DNA of 64,000 nucleotides from Thalia democratica (Eukaryota): NCBI GenBank assembly GCA_965202585.1, contig OZ241827.1, positions 25,296,001 to 25,360,000 of the forward strand, read 5' to 3'. Shown piece by piece: positions 13,101 to 25,730 of this stretch (position 1 is its first letter; each line of letters starts with the position of its first letter). The notes under the pieces were generated by a model. It saw only the letters and a program-made list of their open reading frames with translations, ran no database searches and was not told where the DNA came from. The position numbers and the translations under genes were made by a program.

Positions 13101-15906
13101 TTCTGTTGTGTGTTGTAAGCAATTTCTGCAATCACGCAACACATGACCGGTTTTACCTGCTAGTAAGCTATTATTATCAAATACTTCAACAAATTTTACA
13201 GTCCGATTTTAAAAATGGTAAATTAAGAGTGCTTACTTTTCCAATGTTAAATAAAAACTAATTTAGTAACTAGATTGTAAAAATTAAATATCTACATAAT
13301 TCTTTATAATATAAAATTTAGTACTAAAAACTAAATAGGGGATTTAAAAATGCTTAGTTTTCGGATTATTTTATCAATGAACCTACTGTATTTCAACACA
13401 AAACTTTATAGACTGACGATATTTCGTTTCCTATTAAAAATTAAAAGCTACAGAGTCTGTAAAAAACTTATTTATAATAAAAAAGCATGCACTACACATG
13501 TATGTATACAATAAAGATATCCAACATATAAATACATAACTTTCTTATGCTTCATCTAATTTACGTTAATTTTTACATTTTGTACGTTAGTTCAGTTTTA
13601 TTGTGTCAGCATCTTTTGAAAAAAAAATATATGTTAGTGCATATCCATAGGTATTCCCAAAACTTATTTTTTATGTTTAAGTAATAAAACTCATAAAACT
13701 GATTTTAGTGTTTCGAAAAAGTTATATATTATATAACAAAAGTTTTAATAAAAAAAAGAGACTTGAACATATGAAAGTTTCAACCAATTTAATTTTTTTT
13801 TGAAATTTATTAAACTATATTTTACAGTACCTATTTCTTGTATAAGCATTTAATTTAAATATTTTACTTTACTTTACATTTATCTTTACTTTATATTTTA
13901 AAATGTTGTTTTGTTATATGAAAATCAATCAAAGTAAAATATTTTCTTTTTTATGTCATTAGTAAACTTCTAAAATTCAACTTAATAAAATTTTTATATT
14001 TGTATTCAAAAACTTCTTGTCAAATGTTTCTTAAAATACAAGTCTGTTATAACATGTATATAAGATCATTTAAGGCAGTAAAAAAAAGTTTTTTTTTGTT
14101 AAAATAAGTAAATTTATTTAATTATTATTGAGTTTTCAAAATTTTGTTTTATAAAGTACGTTTGTAATTTATAATTACACTAACTAAAACGTCAAATAGA
14201 AAAAAGTTTGTGAAAATAAGCAAGTTATATATGAAAAATCTTACTTATGTTTTTAATACAATGTTTTTTGAAACTTAAATCAATACAGGAAAGCAAAAAC
14301 AAACTAGTATTTTTAAATACTTTTGAATAAGATCCTATAATTGATTCTTTTATACTTGTACATTTTGAAAACTAATAATTGAAATTTTTAAAAACTACTT
14401 TTGAATCAGTTATATACGGATAATGTACTAAGTGTTATATACAGATATGTTAAAAAAGATATTTTTTAAGTGTTGATTGTATAAGTTTAGTAAAAATAGG
14501 ATTGGCTGATTTGTTTACAACAAAACATTTTGTTTTGATAATTTATCCCACAACAGCTGTAAGAATTAATTATTAAATTAAATCATAAATTAATGAAAAT
14601 TATTTACGCTGTTCGATAAATTTGTACTATTTTACGCAATATAAAAGTATAAGATTTGTTGTTAGTAGTAAGATATGTCAAGTTTAATCAGTATAGAAGT
14701 GTTTAAATCATAATACCTAAAAAATAAGCTAAAAAATTTAGCTATTTGAATTTATCTTCTTAGACAAATTGTAAATTTACATGTGAGCGATTGACGGAAA
14801 ATGAAAAAAAATATATTTCATTTCATTTTTGAGTAGATAATATTTAAAAAAATCTATAGTTAATTAAAAATTTAATACAAATACAAATATACTATCAAGA
14901 AGTTGTGCTTTGTATTTATCAATATTAATCTAATCAAAATATACAAAACAATTGCTTTTATTAAACATAAGTTCTAATTCACTGGTACGTTTTACTTGAC
15001 AAAATAATACTTTAACTATTTTTTTTATAAAAGTATGTGCGTTTTTTCTTATATATTTGATTAAATAACAGTTTAATCTTTTTGTTCAAACAACTAACTA
15101 ATTTATTTGTTTTTTTATGTATAAAGTTTAATTTTAGAATTTATGTAGCAGTTAAAAAAACATTAAAATTAAGTTTAGAAACAAAATACGTAAGTAATAT
15201 ATGAAACAATATGTTTATTTTACTGAATTAATATAATGACTTAAATTATTTCTTTTCCAATATATTTCATCAATTTTCGTTAGGGAAAATACAATATGTT
15301 TATTATTTGTAGACTTATAATTAAAAAAAAAACTACGAATTCTAAACTATTTTTAGTTTATTAGCTCAAAATAAAAAACTTATGTTTGCACAGATTTTCA
15401 TTAGTGATTAATTTTTAAAGCACTTCAAAGTCAAAAACAATTGTACTAAACAGTATATGGAGTTAAAATAATACAAGTATTTTTTATGAATAATTTTTGT
15501 AATTTTAAACTTGTTTTATATTTTTTAGTTAAGTACTAAGACAGTAATTTTAGTTATATAAATTTCTGTTAGAAAAAGATATGATTTAAATAATTTCTAT
15601 GAAAATAAAGAAACAATTTTTTAAAGAACTTAATTTGTTTACTTTAGCTGTGCTAATGCAGTAATAGTTTTCTAAAAGCTTTATGATTTGTATCTAAATT
15701 AACTTTTACAGAAAATTACTTGATTTAAAATTATATTTAATTTTGTTTTAAGTCTGACGTAAGTTTAACAAACTAAGATATCTAATTTTTTTAAGTTGTT
15801 ATAAATAAGATTTAACACAAGTTTTATTTAGTTCTTGTATGTGCTAAACTTAGTAAAAATATTTTTAGAGTACTTATAATAAACTTTTCAGAACTTGTAA
15901 CACAAC

Positions 15907-16704
15907 ATGAAGTATTTTAATCGTTTCCTATTTTCAATGGTTGCTTTACTATTAGTTATTTTTCAAGCATCTGCGACAGTTAACCCAAATTCAACCTCAA
16001 AAAATGTCACACAAAGTGATTCTGTAGACATAAGTAAATTATCAAAAGACCAGTGCAATTCAGTAGAAATGGAAAAGTTCCGCGTTTCCGTAGGAAAAGC
16101 ATTAATGGGAAACAAAACAAGAAAAATAAGAAATTTTATATTCGAAGTAAATGCAGTAGGAATAAAGTTTTCGCTGTCTTTTAAAGCTAGCAACAACTCA
16201 CAGGATTTAAAAAAGCATTGCTCTACAGTTAAATATTACAGAGAGAACACCTTATTTTTATCGAGGGTATTCGTTTTAGAATACTATTGGTCAAAAAACG
16301 CGACGATATTACTTGATGGTTTAACTTGGAATGTGAGGGATCAGATTCTCGTCAGGAAAAGAATTTGCGATCATCCGGACATCAGAAAACTCATTAAAGC
16401 TACGAAAAAGTTCGAATGGGAAAAAAGGAAGTATGAAGGCAGCATACTCAAAATGAGGACGGTGGTAAAGCATTTGGGTAAGTACCGTAACGGCTACTGG
16501 CTTCTTGAAAAGAACAAATTTCAATTTCTCTTAAAATGCAATTACTTCGCGGAGGAGAAATTCAGGCTTATTATTGAGTCGGAATTGTCTGCTGACATTA
16601 ATCAGTATATTAAGTTCAAAAATGAAAACATAACCGATGAGATTTTAAACGCTAAGTTTGTGTTTCAAAAAATGCCGATAAAGAATCCTACTTATAGATT
16701 TTAA
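15907..16704 (+). CDS. Secreted protein of unknown family, paralogue B (265 aa, single coding exon)
   Basis: Signal peptide MKYFNRFLFSMVALLLVIFQASA; shares EVNAVGIKFSLSF, CSTVKYYREN and LLKCNYF with paralogue A; AG acceptor at 15889-15891. Confidence 0.85.
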   Translation: MKYFNRFLFSMVALLLVIFQASATVNPNSTSKNVTQSDSVDISKLSKDQCNSVEMEKFRVSVGKALMGNKTRKIRNFIFEVNAVGIKFSLSFKASNNSQDLKKHCSTVKYYRENTLFLSRVFVLEYYWSKNATILLDGLTWNVRDQILVRKRICDHPDIRKLIKATKKFEWEKRKYEGSILKMRTVVKHLGKYRNGYWLLEKNKFQFLLKCNYFAEEKFRLIIESELSADINQYIKFKNENITDEILNAKFVFQKMPIKNPTYRF

Positions 16705-17387
16705 AATATGTTTTCATGTCAAGAGTTTACTTTTGACATGAAAACATTAGAATTAATAATAATAAGAATATACCGAAAATTCTAAAATTATTAAAGACTT
16801 TAGATTGAATCGTTTTTATTTAAACTTTCTAATAACTAATTAAAATCAATGACTAAAAAAGTAACTTTTTAAATGTTCGTTTAAATCGTGACAAACTTAG
16901 AAAAAAAAAAATATTGAAATTAATTTCATTGAGTTTCATTGAATTTTTAAATTAATTAATTCATAAACTTAATAGTATTCTCATTTGATTTTACATTGTA
17001 GTAAAAATAAATATCTTTTTCAAACATTGTTATCATAATTTACTTCACATTTTTGATTACTAAATAAAGTTTTTCTAATTTAACTTAAAAAATCTAAGTA
17101 TTCTGTATATAAAAGTTAAACTAAGTTTTAAGATTTGAAAATTTAACTTTTCCAGTGTGCAATGATCTATTTCAATAAGATTAAAACTACTTTAAAGTTT
17201 ATGTTTAACTCTAGATGTATCCAAACAAGTGTTTGCTATTTAACTAAACATTTAAAAAAACAAATTAGCTTGAATTAATTTTTTATCAAGCTCAACATTT
17301 TAAAACTTATTGTATAGAGATTAGCTCTGCTTTTATACTAATTTTGTAAAAAGGAATTTATTGACTTGAGTTGTTACTTTTTTAGTT

Positions 17388-17477
17388 GTGGTGTACAACT
17401 CGATAACCGAAAGGTTCCTTTGTACACCAGGTCCTTTGACCAAACTTTTTGAGCGCTTTTTTTATCGTGTAATAAAC
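17388..17477 (+). mobile_element. Structured SINE-like repeat, 5'-truncated copy
   Basis: gtggtgtacaactcgataaccgaaaggttcctttgtacaccaggtcctttgaccaaac...ttttgagcgc. Confidence 0.75.
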
Positions 17478-19575
17478 AATACTATGCTTAATATACCATA
17501 CAACTGTCACAGAGTATTCAATAAGAATTAGATACTTAAAATGATGTAGTAAATTACTGTATCTAAATTCTATAATTTTAATTTAATAAATTTTGGTGTA
17601 CGTTGTATCGTGCACCAGCCCATTTTTTGTGATATAAAAATCTATTTTTTAAATCAAACCAGAAACAAAATAAGAGGTGTACATCCTTCAGTATAACGTA
17701 TATTGTTCTTACTTTTTAGGATTTCTTTGTATAACGCTGCTGTGAAGGTGTAATAAATTCCGAAATTTTGTAATACTTTTACTTTAACCACTACTAAATT
17801 TACAGACAATATTATAGAAAATGTGTAGAAAGTAACATAACAAAGTCAAAATCTAAAACATTAAAACCTGCAGTTTAAGATAATTTTTTAATCTTTTTAT
17901 AAGTAATTTTATGCAGCATGCGAAGGTATTCAACTAAAAGAGTTAAAAAGTTTTGAAAACTTTACCAAAATGTAACCAAATTAAAACTAGATGCAAAATA
18001 TTTTGACAAATGTTTAGAAATAAAACTCGTAAGCAAATTTTTTTCAAATTCTTTTAAAATTTACCTTGTTGACAATGAAACTAGTATATTTTTGAAAAAT
18101 TTTGTGAAATAAAATATAAAATATAATGAGTAGTCTGTTGATAATAAGTTGCAAATGGTGTATTATTACGTTTACCTACCTATAATATTACTTATGAAAA
18201 GAATAGTTTAATACCATTTATTTTTATATATTTTGTAAACAATTATATGTAGTTTTTGTTTTAATTGTAATTTTAAGTTTATTTGTTACACACTTAATTA
18301 GAAATAATTTTCTAACTAATTCTTTTATTTGTTGATCAACTTTGTAAAAAATGAAAAAAAGTTGTATGATTACTACTGTAGTCATTATTCATGATTTCCT
18401 TTTAATAAACACCTAATTTATTTGTTTTTTAGATTTCGTTCAGAGCAAAAGAATGGTTTGTGTTAAGTTTTTTTATCATAATACTTTCTTGTTCAAAAAG
18501 TAAAAAAAAAATTAAATAATCTAAGCAAATATTTAATACTTTTATTTTATGATTTTAAAAATACAAAAAAAAAAAACAGTTATTAACTTTTTCTAAAATG
18601 TCTTTGCACATAAGTAAGTAGCTTTAATTCTCCTTATTTTTAAGTATGCTAATTTATTTACTTTTTTATTTGACAAATTGCAACAATGATCTTCTTTTTT
18701 AGCGGTTTTAAAACACCTTTTCTTTTCTTAAACGTTTGTGTTATTAAAAAATTTAGTGAAATCATGTTTTTTAGTCGTTAATATTATAAATTTATCTTTC
18801 ATTATTTTTATATTGATGTAAATAACTACTTATAAACGTGCCTTAATTAAGTAAAAACGTTTGAACTTTAATTTTACTAAAATTAATTAATATTCTGTTT
18901 ATCCAAGTTTAATTGATTTTGAATGATGTAAAAAAACATATTATTTTACTCTAAACGTTATTCGTAAAAATTAATAATAAAAGAAAAAATTTTAAGTTAG
19001 TATTTTAACAACAAAGTTTAGTAAAAAATATGTGTTTTTTTTTTGTTTACATTGAATACAAACTGACTTTATTCAAATAAAAGCTCAGCTTTCTCTAAAT
19101 AGTTTTCTATTTTATCTACTTTTATGATCGAACTAGCATTGACCTGTTTGAAAAGCAATGCAAAAGTTCCTGTTTTGTATCAAGGAAAGAAACTACTTGA
19201 ACTTTTTTTGCATAGTTTAGCTTAACATTTATTATTTTTGAATACAGCTATTTATAATCTGTATTTGACTCAATTTTGATATTAAAGGAAGTTTATAAAA
19301 CATACATATCACTTTAATTTCTGAGTGAAATAAATACACTTTCATCTTTTTCGGTACTGTTTTTATTTTTAGGGAACTTTTAAGCTTTTCGCTTGGATAT
19401 TTTGTAGCTCAAAAGTTTCTACTGTATAATTTCAACACAAAAAAAGTATTAAACTTTTATCAAACCAGGAATCCAAGACCGTAAAACAAAACTAAATTTT
19501 GACTAAAAACAAAATTTTTGAAATAAGTCACAATTCATTTTACTCTCCCGTTTAAACGACACAAAAGCGAAAAAC

Positions 19576-21219
19576 TTAAAGCATGAGAAGATCAAATCTC
19601 ATGCAAGGATGGATGTACCAATCAGCAACCACTATTCTGATGTAACGAGCTTCTATTGACCTCGGAAGTCTTCTGCGATGAGCTGTCTCCGGATCAGTTG
19701 CTCCGTCGAAAACCTTTTATTTTTTGTCAGTTTATAACATTATTAAACAAAGACTATAAAGCAGTTTTTTGTAATTTTAAACAGAGCTATTAAAGTTTTC
19801 GTTTTTGTACCTTTAAGTAAATTCAATAGTTTCTTGTATTGAGATCGTTATGCGTCTGGTCTAGACGAATTTCTGCATAAAATATAAGCTTTAGAAGATT
19901 TAGATTAAACTAAAATTAATTTTAAGGGCTTTACTTTGAAAACAAAGTTATTTTTAGTTAAAGGATTTAGATCAAGTAAAAACATAACACCGGGATCATT
20001 GTTTTTACTTCTTAACAATTGGGTCATATTCTTTCTTGATCAATGTTTAATTTTAACTTGTTCAAATTTTCTTTACTTGTTCTGATCAAGCAAAATTATG
20101 ACCCCAGGGTCATTGTTTTTACTTGTTTAGAATGAGGTCATTTTTTTTACTTGACCCAAAAATTATAGCCAAATAAATTTATGTTTGTGTTTATTATGAA
20201 TAAAAATGTTTTCTAAATTAATAAATGATTTTTTAATATTACTGTTGTAAATGAAAATAATTAATTAAAGATTTTTCTTGTGTTTAAGTTTTTTAACATA
20301 AACATTAACATATCACAAACTAACCATTGGTTTACCATAACATTCTACATATTGAAGAGATTTTTCGTCGTTACCATACTGAACTTTGAATTTAGTGACC
20401 CACTGCTGTATTTGACTTCTGCTTTGTATTGTGACATCTTAAACTTTTTTGCTTTACGCAAATCAACTTGAACCTATTAGTAGGGGTCTGTTTTCAAACA
20501 GTAAATATTACAAGAAATCAAATTTACGTTCGTTTGTTCAAAATAACTGTTACTAAACGCTGTCTTCTTTTTTGTTACAAGTTTTTGTTAAAAAGTTTTA
20601 GTAAAGATGAAGTGTTTTATCAACTTAATAAGAAAAAGAAGTTATGTGTACAATGAGGCATTTTTAAATTAAAAAAAAGTTTAAAAAAATAAAACAAACT
20701 TGAAGCTATACATTAAATAATACACTAAAACTATATGCTTCAAATGAATCTTACTTTTATCATCAGTGGCACCAGCCCAACCCCCGGAACCAGAGTTGGA
20801 GTCCAAACGTACATATAGATGGCTGTGACTTTTATAATTTTCACAATATCCGCTTGAAGATATTTGTTTGTCCTCGACATAATGACTTTTTAATCCACCC
20901 AATGCAAGAATGTATGTTGGTCGTTTGTAATGAGAATTTTTTTGCTTATAAAAAAGTTCATAGTAACAAATTTTTGCTGCTTTAGCACTTTTCAAAATAA
21001 ATAGGAATGTAGAAATATCTAAACCAAACAATCAACTTGTTATTTCTAACGTATTAATTTAATTGATGAAACTATTTGAAAACTGTTATATGTTTTTCAA
21101 ACTTTAAAGTTTATTAAAGTACTTGTACTGTACTAGGTTCTAATTAAATTAAGTTTTATTAAAAATCTATTATAATTTTTTAACTCAAATGCATATATAA
21201 AATACTCACTTAAACACAT
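19576..21219 (-). pseudogene. F5/8 type C (discoidin) single-domain gene, copy 1, pseudogene; exons 21219-21210, 21018-20968, 20913-20755, 20487-20325, 19713-19576
   Basis: Exon-by-exon homology to copy 2. Exon 4 has CAG>TAA and TGG>TAG stops and a 1-nt deletion (163 vs 164 nt). The exon-3 acceptor is AT instead of AG. The last exon VFDGATDPETAHRRRLPRSIEARYIRIVVADWYIHPCMRFDLLML* is still open. Confidence 0.88.
19960..20170. repeat. Short repetitive/palindromic insertion in the last intron of F5/8C copy 1
   Basis: Repeated ggRtcatt(g)tttttactt motifs and an atgacc-ccag-ggtcat palindrome; not evident at the equivalent position of copy 2. Confidence 0.5.
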
Positions 21220-23356
21220 AAATGATTTGATCTCATCGATTTACTTTTCAAATCTTCTAAAGTGAGGGCCTAAGTATAATGTTATTTAACTTTTACGATT
21301 TAGGATTGAAAAAAAGTTACTTTTAGTTTTTTAACATTTAGCCAGATAACCATTCTTGAAGCAAAACTGAAAAAAAATTGTTGTACTTTATTTTTTTTAG
21401 GCTCTAGTTATAGTTAAAGTTTTAAGAAATAAATCATAAATAACTAGATGAAGATTGAATTTATACGATCTACTTTAAAACCGGCTTAGAAACATTTAAG
21501 TCTGTTTAAACACTTCAAAAGATTGTTAAAGCTCAAAAAATTATTTTAAAAACAGTAAAAAGAACTGTTACAATTCACGTTTCTAAGCTTCAATTGTTTT
21601 GTTATAAATTGTTTTTATAAAAAACCAAAAAATTGTAGAATAACTAATCATGATTATTTCTTTTACCAATTAAAAAGTTGGTAAACTATATAAGAATCTA
21701 AAAAAGACTGCAATTAGTGATTTACAAAACTTAAACTTTTAAATAATTTAAAAAGTATACTCATACTTCCTTAATATTCTTTTAAGAAAAATATTTTTTT
21801 TGAAATAAGAATTTAAATATTGAATTATTAATTAAGAGTAATCATTTTAAAAATTGCATCTTATTTAAAGTTAGCTAAAAAAGTTTAATTTTGAAGTTTT
21901 TTTTACCACAAAATAAATCGTACTCACTGAAGTTACTCTAGTTTGACAGTAAATTTTTATACAGACACACTTTTTAATATAAATTGAGGTAAGTTCAGCA
22001 CATACAATACGGTCATCACTTCCTTTTTTAAAAACATAACTTATTATGAATCATACACTTTTCAGATTTTAACACTTTATTTTTTTAAAGTTTATCTTGA
22101 AAACATTTTAACTAGAAAAAAAAACTTATTTTAATAAAACAAAACTTTTTTTATAAATAAATGGTTTTGAGTATATTTTACTTTATATTTGTTATAAATT
22201 TATTATTACTTGTTATACATATATAAAAAAATAATACGCTTTCAACAAATATATTAGCATTTAGTTGTTTGAATGAAATCTTAATATCTACTTTCTACTT
22301 AACAACAACAAAGATACGTTTTCAAGTTGATTAAAGCTATAACACAGTTTTCAAAGTTATTGTAAAATTAATCCGGTGCTTGTAAATCTAAACTTTTATA
22401 ATTTAGAGTTTCTTAAACTCATTAAACAACCGCCCTTTTTAAAATTTATAAATAAAAATCGCATTTAATCATCCCTAGGACTACTTTTTTTTTTTTTAAA
22501 ACCTTAGAATATTTTGTTTAAGTTAATTGTTGCAGCTTTACACAGTTGTCGCCAACAAATATTAAAATTGCTCCTTAAAATACCTATGAGCTCCTAAGTT
22601 TGAAAACTAATTTATTAGCAGTTGTTTAAATTGTTATGCATAAAAATCAATATTTTTGATTAATAAACTAAAGAGTATTGTAAAATAAGCAAAATATTCC
22701 GTTTAAAGTGTTACATTTAGTAACTGAAATAAAAACTAAGGTATATATGTAGTCTAGTTTATTACCAATTTAAACTTACTTATTTTCTTAATTAAATTTT
22801 TTAATTCACTGCTCTATGCAAATTGACTGACTAATCAAAAAAGACTAGTTGTATGCGAAGCTGAATTGTACTAATCTACAATTTCATATGCCTTGGTAAT
22901 ATAATTAGATTTAGACTTTTTCCAAATAATACTAAACTTCCTGTTTTTTAACAAGATAACAAGATTTTTTTTTGCATAAGTTTTAGTTGTATGTTTAGTT
23001 TTCGATACAGCTATCTATGAGTTGTTTACTCACTTAAAACAATTTTTAAAAGTTTAAAAACATACCTATTACTTTATTCTCGAGAAAAACAAACACACTT
23101 TTATCTTAGTCGGTACTATTTTTGTTGACTAGCGTTTTTTAAGAAACTTTTAAGCTTTTTGCTTCAAAGTTTTGTAGCTCTCATACATACATATATATAT
23201 ATATATATTTATTTATTTATTTAAAACTAATAATATTTTTTTAAAGTAAAAATCTAAGATATCAAAAAAAAATTAACTTCAACTACAAACAAAATCTTTG
23301 AAATAAGTCACAGTTCGTTTTATTTTCTCGTTCAAACGACAAAAAAATCGAAAAAT

Positions 23357-24755
23357 TTAAAGCATGAGAAGATCAAATCTCAAGCATGGATGGACATACC
23401 AATCAGCTACCACTATTCTGATAAAACGAGTTTCTATCGGCATCGGAAATCTTCTGCTGTGAGCCGTCATCGGATCAGTTGCTCCGTCGAAAACCTTTTA
23501 TTTTTTGTCAGTTTGAAACATTACTTAATCAAAGATTATAAAGCAGTTTTTTTTTTTGTAATTTTATACAGAGCTGTCGAAGCTTTAGTTTTTGCAACTT
23601 TAACTAATTTATGTAGGTTCTAGCATTAAAATCTTTGTGCATCTTGCCTAGACGAGCTAAATACGAAAAAAAAGTTTTAACGACTCTGCTTTGGAAACAA
23701 GCTCTTTGTTGGGAGAGAAATTATACCCAAATGACATATTTACTTGTATGTATTATGTACATATATCTTTTGGAAGTTAATAAATGGTAATTTTATATTA
23801 GTATGCCGAATAAAAATACTTAAATATCTTTGTTGGAATTAAGTTTTAAAACATAGAAAACAACATATAACAAACTAACCATTGGTTTACCATTACATTC
23901 TACATATTGAAGCGAGTTTTCGTCGTTACCATACTGAACTTTGAATTTAGTGACCCACTGCTGAATTTGACTTCTGCCTTGTATTATGACACCATAAACT
24001 TTCCTCGGTTTGTACAAATCCACCTGAACCCACTGGTAGGCGTCTGTTTTCAAACAAAAAAATTTAAAAGGAATCGAATTTACGTTCGTTTGTACAAGAT
24101 AACTGTTACTAAAAGCTTTGTTCTTTTATTACAATTTATTGTTAAAGTTTTAATAAAGTTTTTAATTTATTTTTAAATTGAGAGAAAAACAAAGATTTGT
24201 ATACAATGAGGCATTTGTAGAACACAAATGAAGACTATTCTAAAACTATACGCTTTTGCCGAATCTTACTTTTGTCGTCTTTTGCTGCAGCCCAGCCCCC
24301 GACGCCAGTGTTGGAGTCCAAACGAGCGTGGTTGTGGCTGTGACTTTCCAAGTTTGAATAGTATCCGCTTGAAGAAAGTTGGCAGTCCTTGATATAATGA
24401 CTTTTCAATCCACCCAATGCGAGGTTGTCTGTTTTGGTAGTTTTTTTATGAGAAGTTTTTGCTTATAAAAATTAGGTTCAAGTTAAAACATTTAATAGCA
24501 ACAAATTTTTGCTGCTTTAGCACTTTTTAAGTTAAAAACGAAAGTAAAAATAGTTAAACAAAAAAACCAACAACTATTTCTAAAGGTTTTGCATCAAATA
24601 ATAAATTTATTTTAAAACTGATATAAATTTTCAAACTTTTAAGTTTTTTAAAGTACTAGTACCGAATTAAGTTTTAAATACAGATAAGTTTTATTAAAAT
24701 GCGATTATAATATAAAAAAACTAAATATATATATACTAAACTCACTTAAACGCAT
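23357..24755 (-). CDS. F5/8 type C (discoidin/FA58C) single-domain protein, copy 2, ~173 aa; exons 24755-24746, 24553-24503, 24428-24270, 24043-23880, 23494-23357
   Basis: Translation ...LALGGLKSHYIKDCQLSSSG...HARLDSNTGVGGWAAAKDDK|NAYQWVQVDLYKPRKVYGVIIQGRSQIQQWVTKFKVQYGND...|VFDGATD...ETRFIRIVVADWYVHPCLRFDLL carries the FA58C motifs (ARL, GW, QW.QVDL, GV..QGR, WVT.F.V.Y, R..RI, LRF.L). Exons 3-5 are open with GT-AG junctions. Exons 1-2 are inferred from conservation with copy 1; the exon-2 acceptor reads AA. Confidence 0.75.
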
Positions 24756-25399
24756 AAATGATTTTATCTCATTGATTTCCGTTTTCAAATCTTCTACTGT
24801 TGCCTGAATTATACTTTTAGTCAATTCTTACTACTTTGGTTTGAAAAAAAAATTGACTACTATTTTTAAGTTTTTAACATTTAGACTCATAACCATCCAT
24901 GATGCCTAATAAACCATTAGAAAACTAAAACAGCTTTTTTTAAGTTCTAAATAGAGTTAAAATTTTAAGTAATAAAGCATAAATAGGTAGTTAATGATTA
25001 AATTTTAAAATCTGCTTTAAAACTGTTTAGAAAATTTAAGTCTGTTTATATACTTCAAGTTTTTTTTTAAAGCTCTAAATATTGATGTTAAAGAAGTACA
25101 AAAATAACGTTACAATTCACGTCTCTAAGCTTTAGTTATTGTTCATAAATTACTGTTGTAAAAAAAAATTGTAGAATAACTAACCATGATTACTTCTTTT
25201 ACCAATTGAAAGTTAGTAACTTATACAAGAATCTAAAAAAGATTGCAACTGATATTTCAGAAAACTTATAAAATAATATAAAAAGTATACTTGTATTGTC
25301 TTAATATACTTTTAAGGAAAACTAAATTTTAAAGTTTCTAATGACGTATTTAAAAAAAAATAAAAATTGCACTTTAGTTTAATGTCTAAAGTTCTTTAT

Positions 25400-25730
25400 A
25401 TTCAGTTGCTAAATCGTAGAATAAATCTGAAAACTTGATTTAAAGATTGAGGTTTAAGAAACTTGTCTTTAAACTGATAAAACTAGTCATTAAAGGATAA
25501 TTAAATTAATTGATTTTAGAAGTTTAGGGGGTCTTAAGCTGCAAAGAGGCTAAAGGGGGCCATAATTTGAAACTTACACTAGATGTTATTGGGCTGATTA
25601 TTTAAGGGAAAAAAGTCTTAGGCGTATTGAAAATTATTTTTTTGAGAAATCTTGTGAGAGGGGCCATAGCATTTTCTATTTCTTTAAAGAAGGCCTTAAG
25701 AAATAAAGTTCGGAAATCTCTGCTCTAGTT
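25400..25730. mobile_element. hAT-like MITE remnant inserted in duplication copy 2
   Basis: GC-richer block not evident in copy 1, ending aaagttcggaaatctctgctctag, which resembles hAT/Charlie-type right ends. Confidence 0.4.

Noticed and set aside
20914-20967. In-frame retention of a 54-nt intron rescuing F5/8C copy 1
   Set aside because: The intron is stop-free and a multiple of 3, but exon 4 has two stops and a frameshift, so the copy is dead anyway
23907-24176. Plus-strand ORFs at 20280, 20468, 23390 and 23907
   Set aside because: Antisense to F5/8C exons; their mutual similarity simply reflects the duplication
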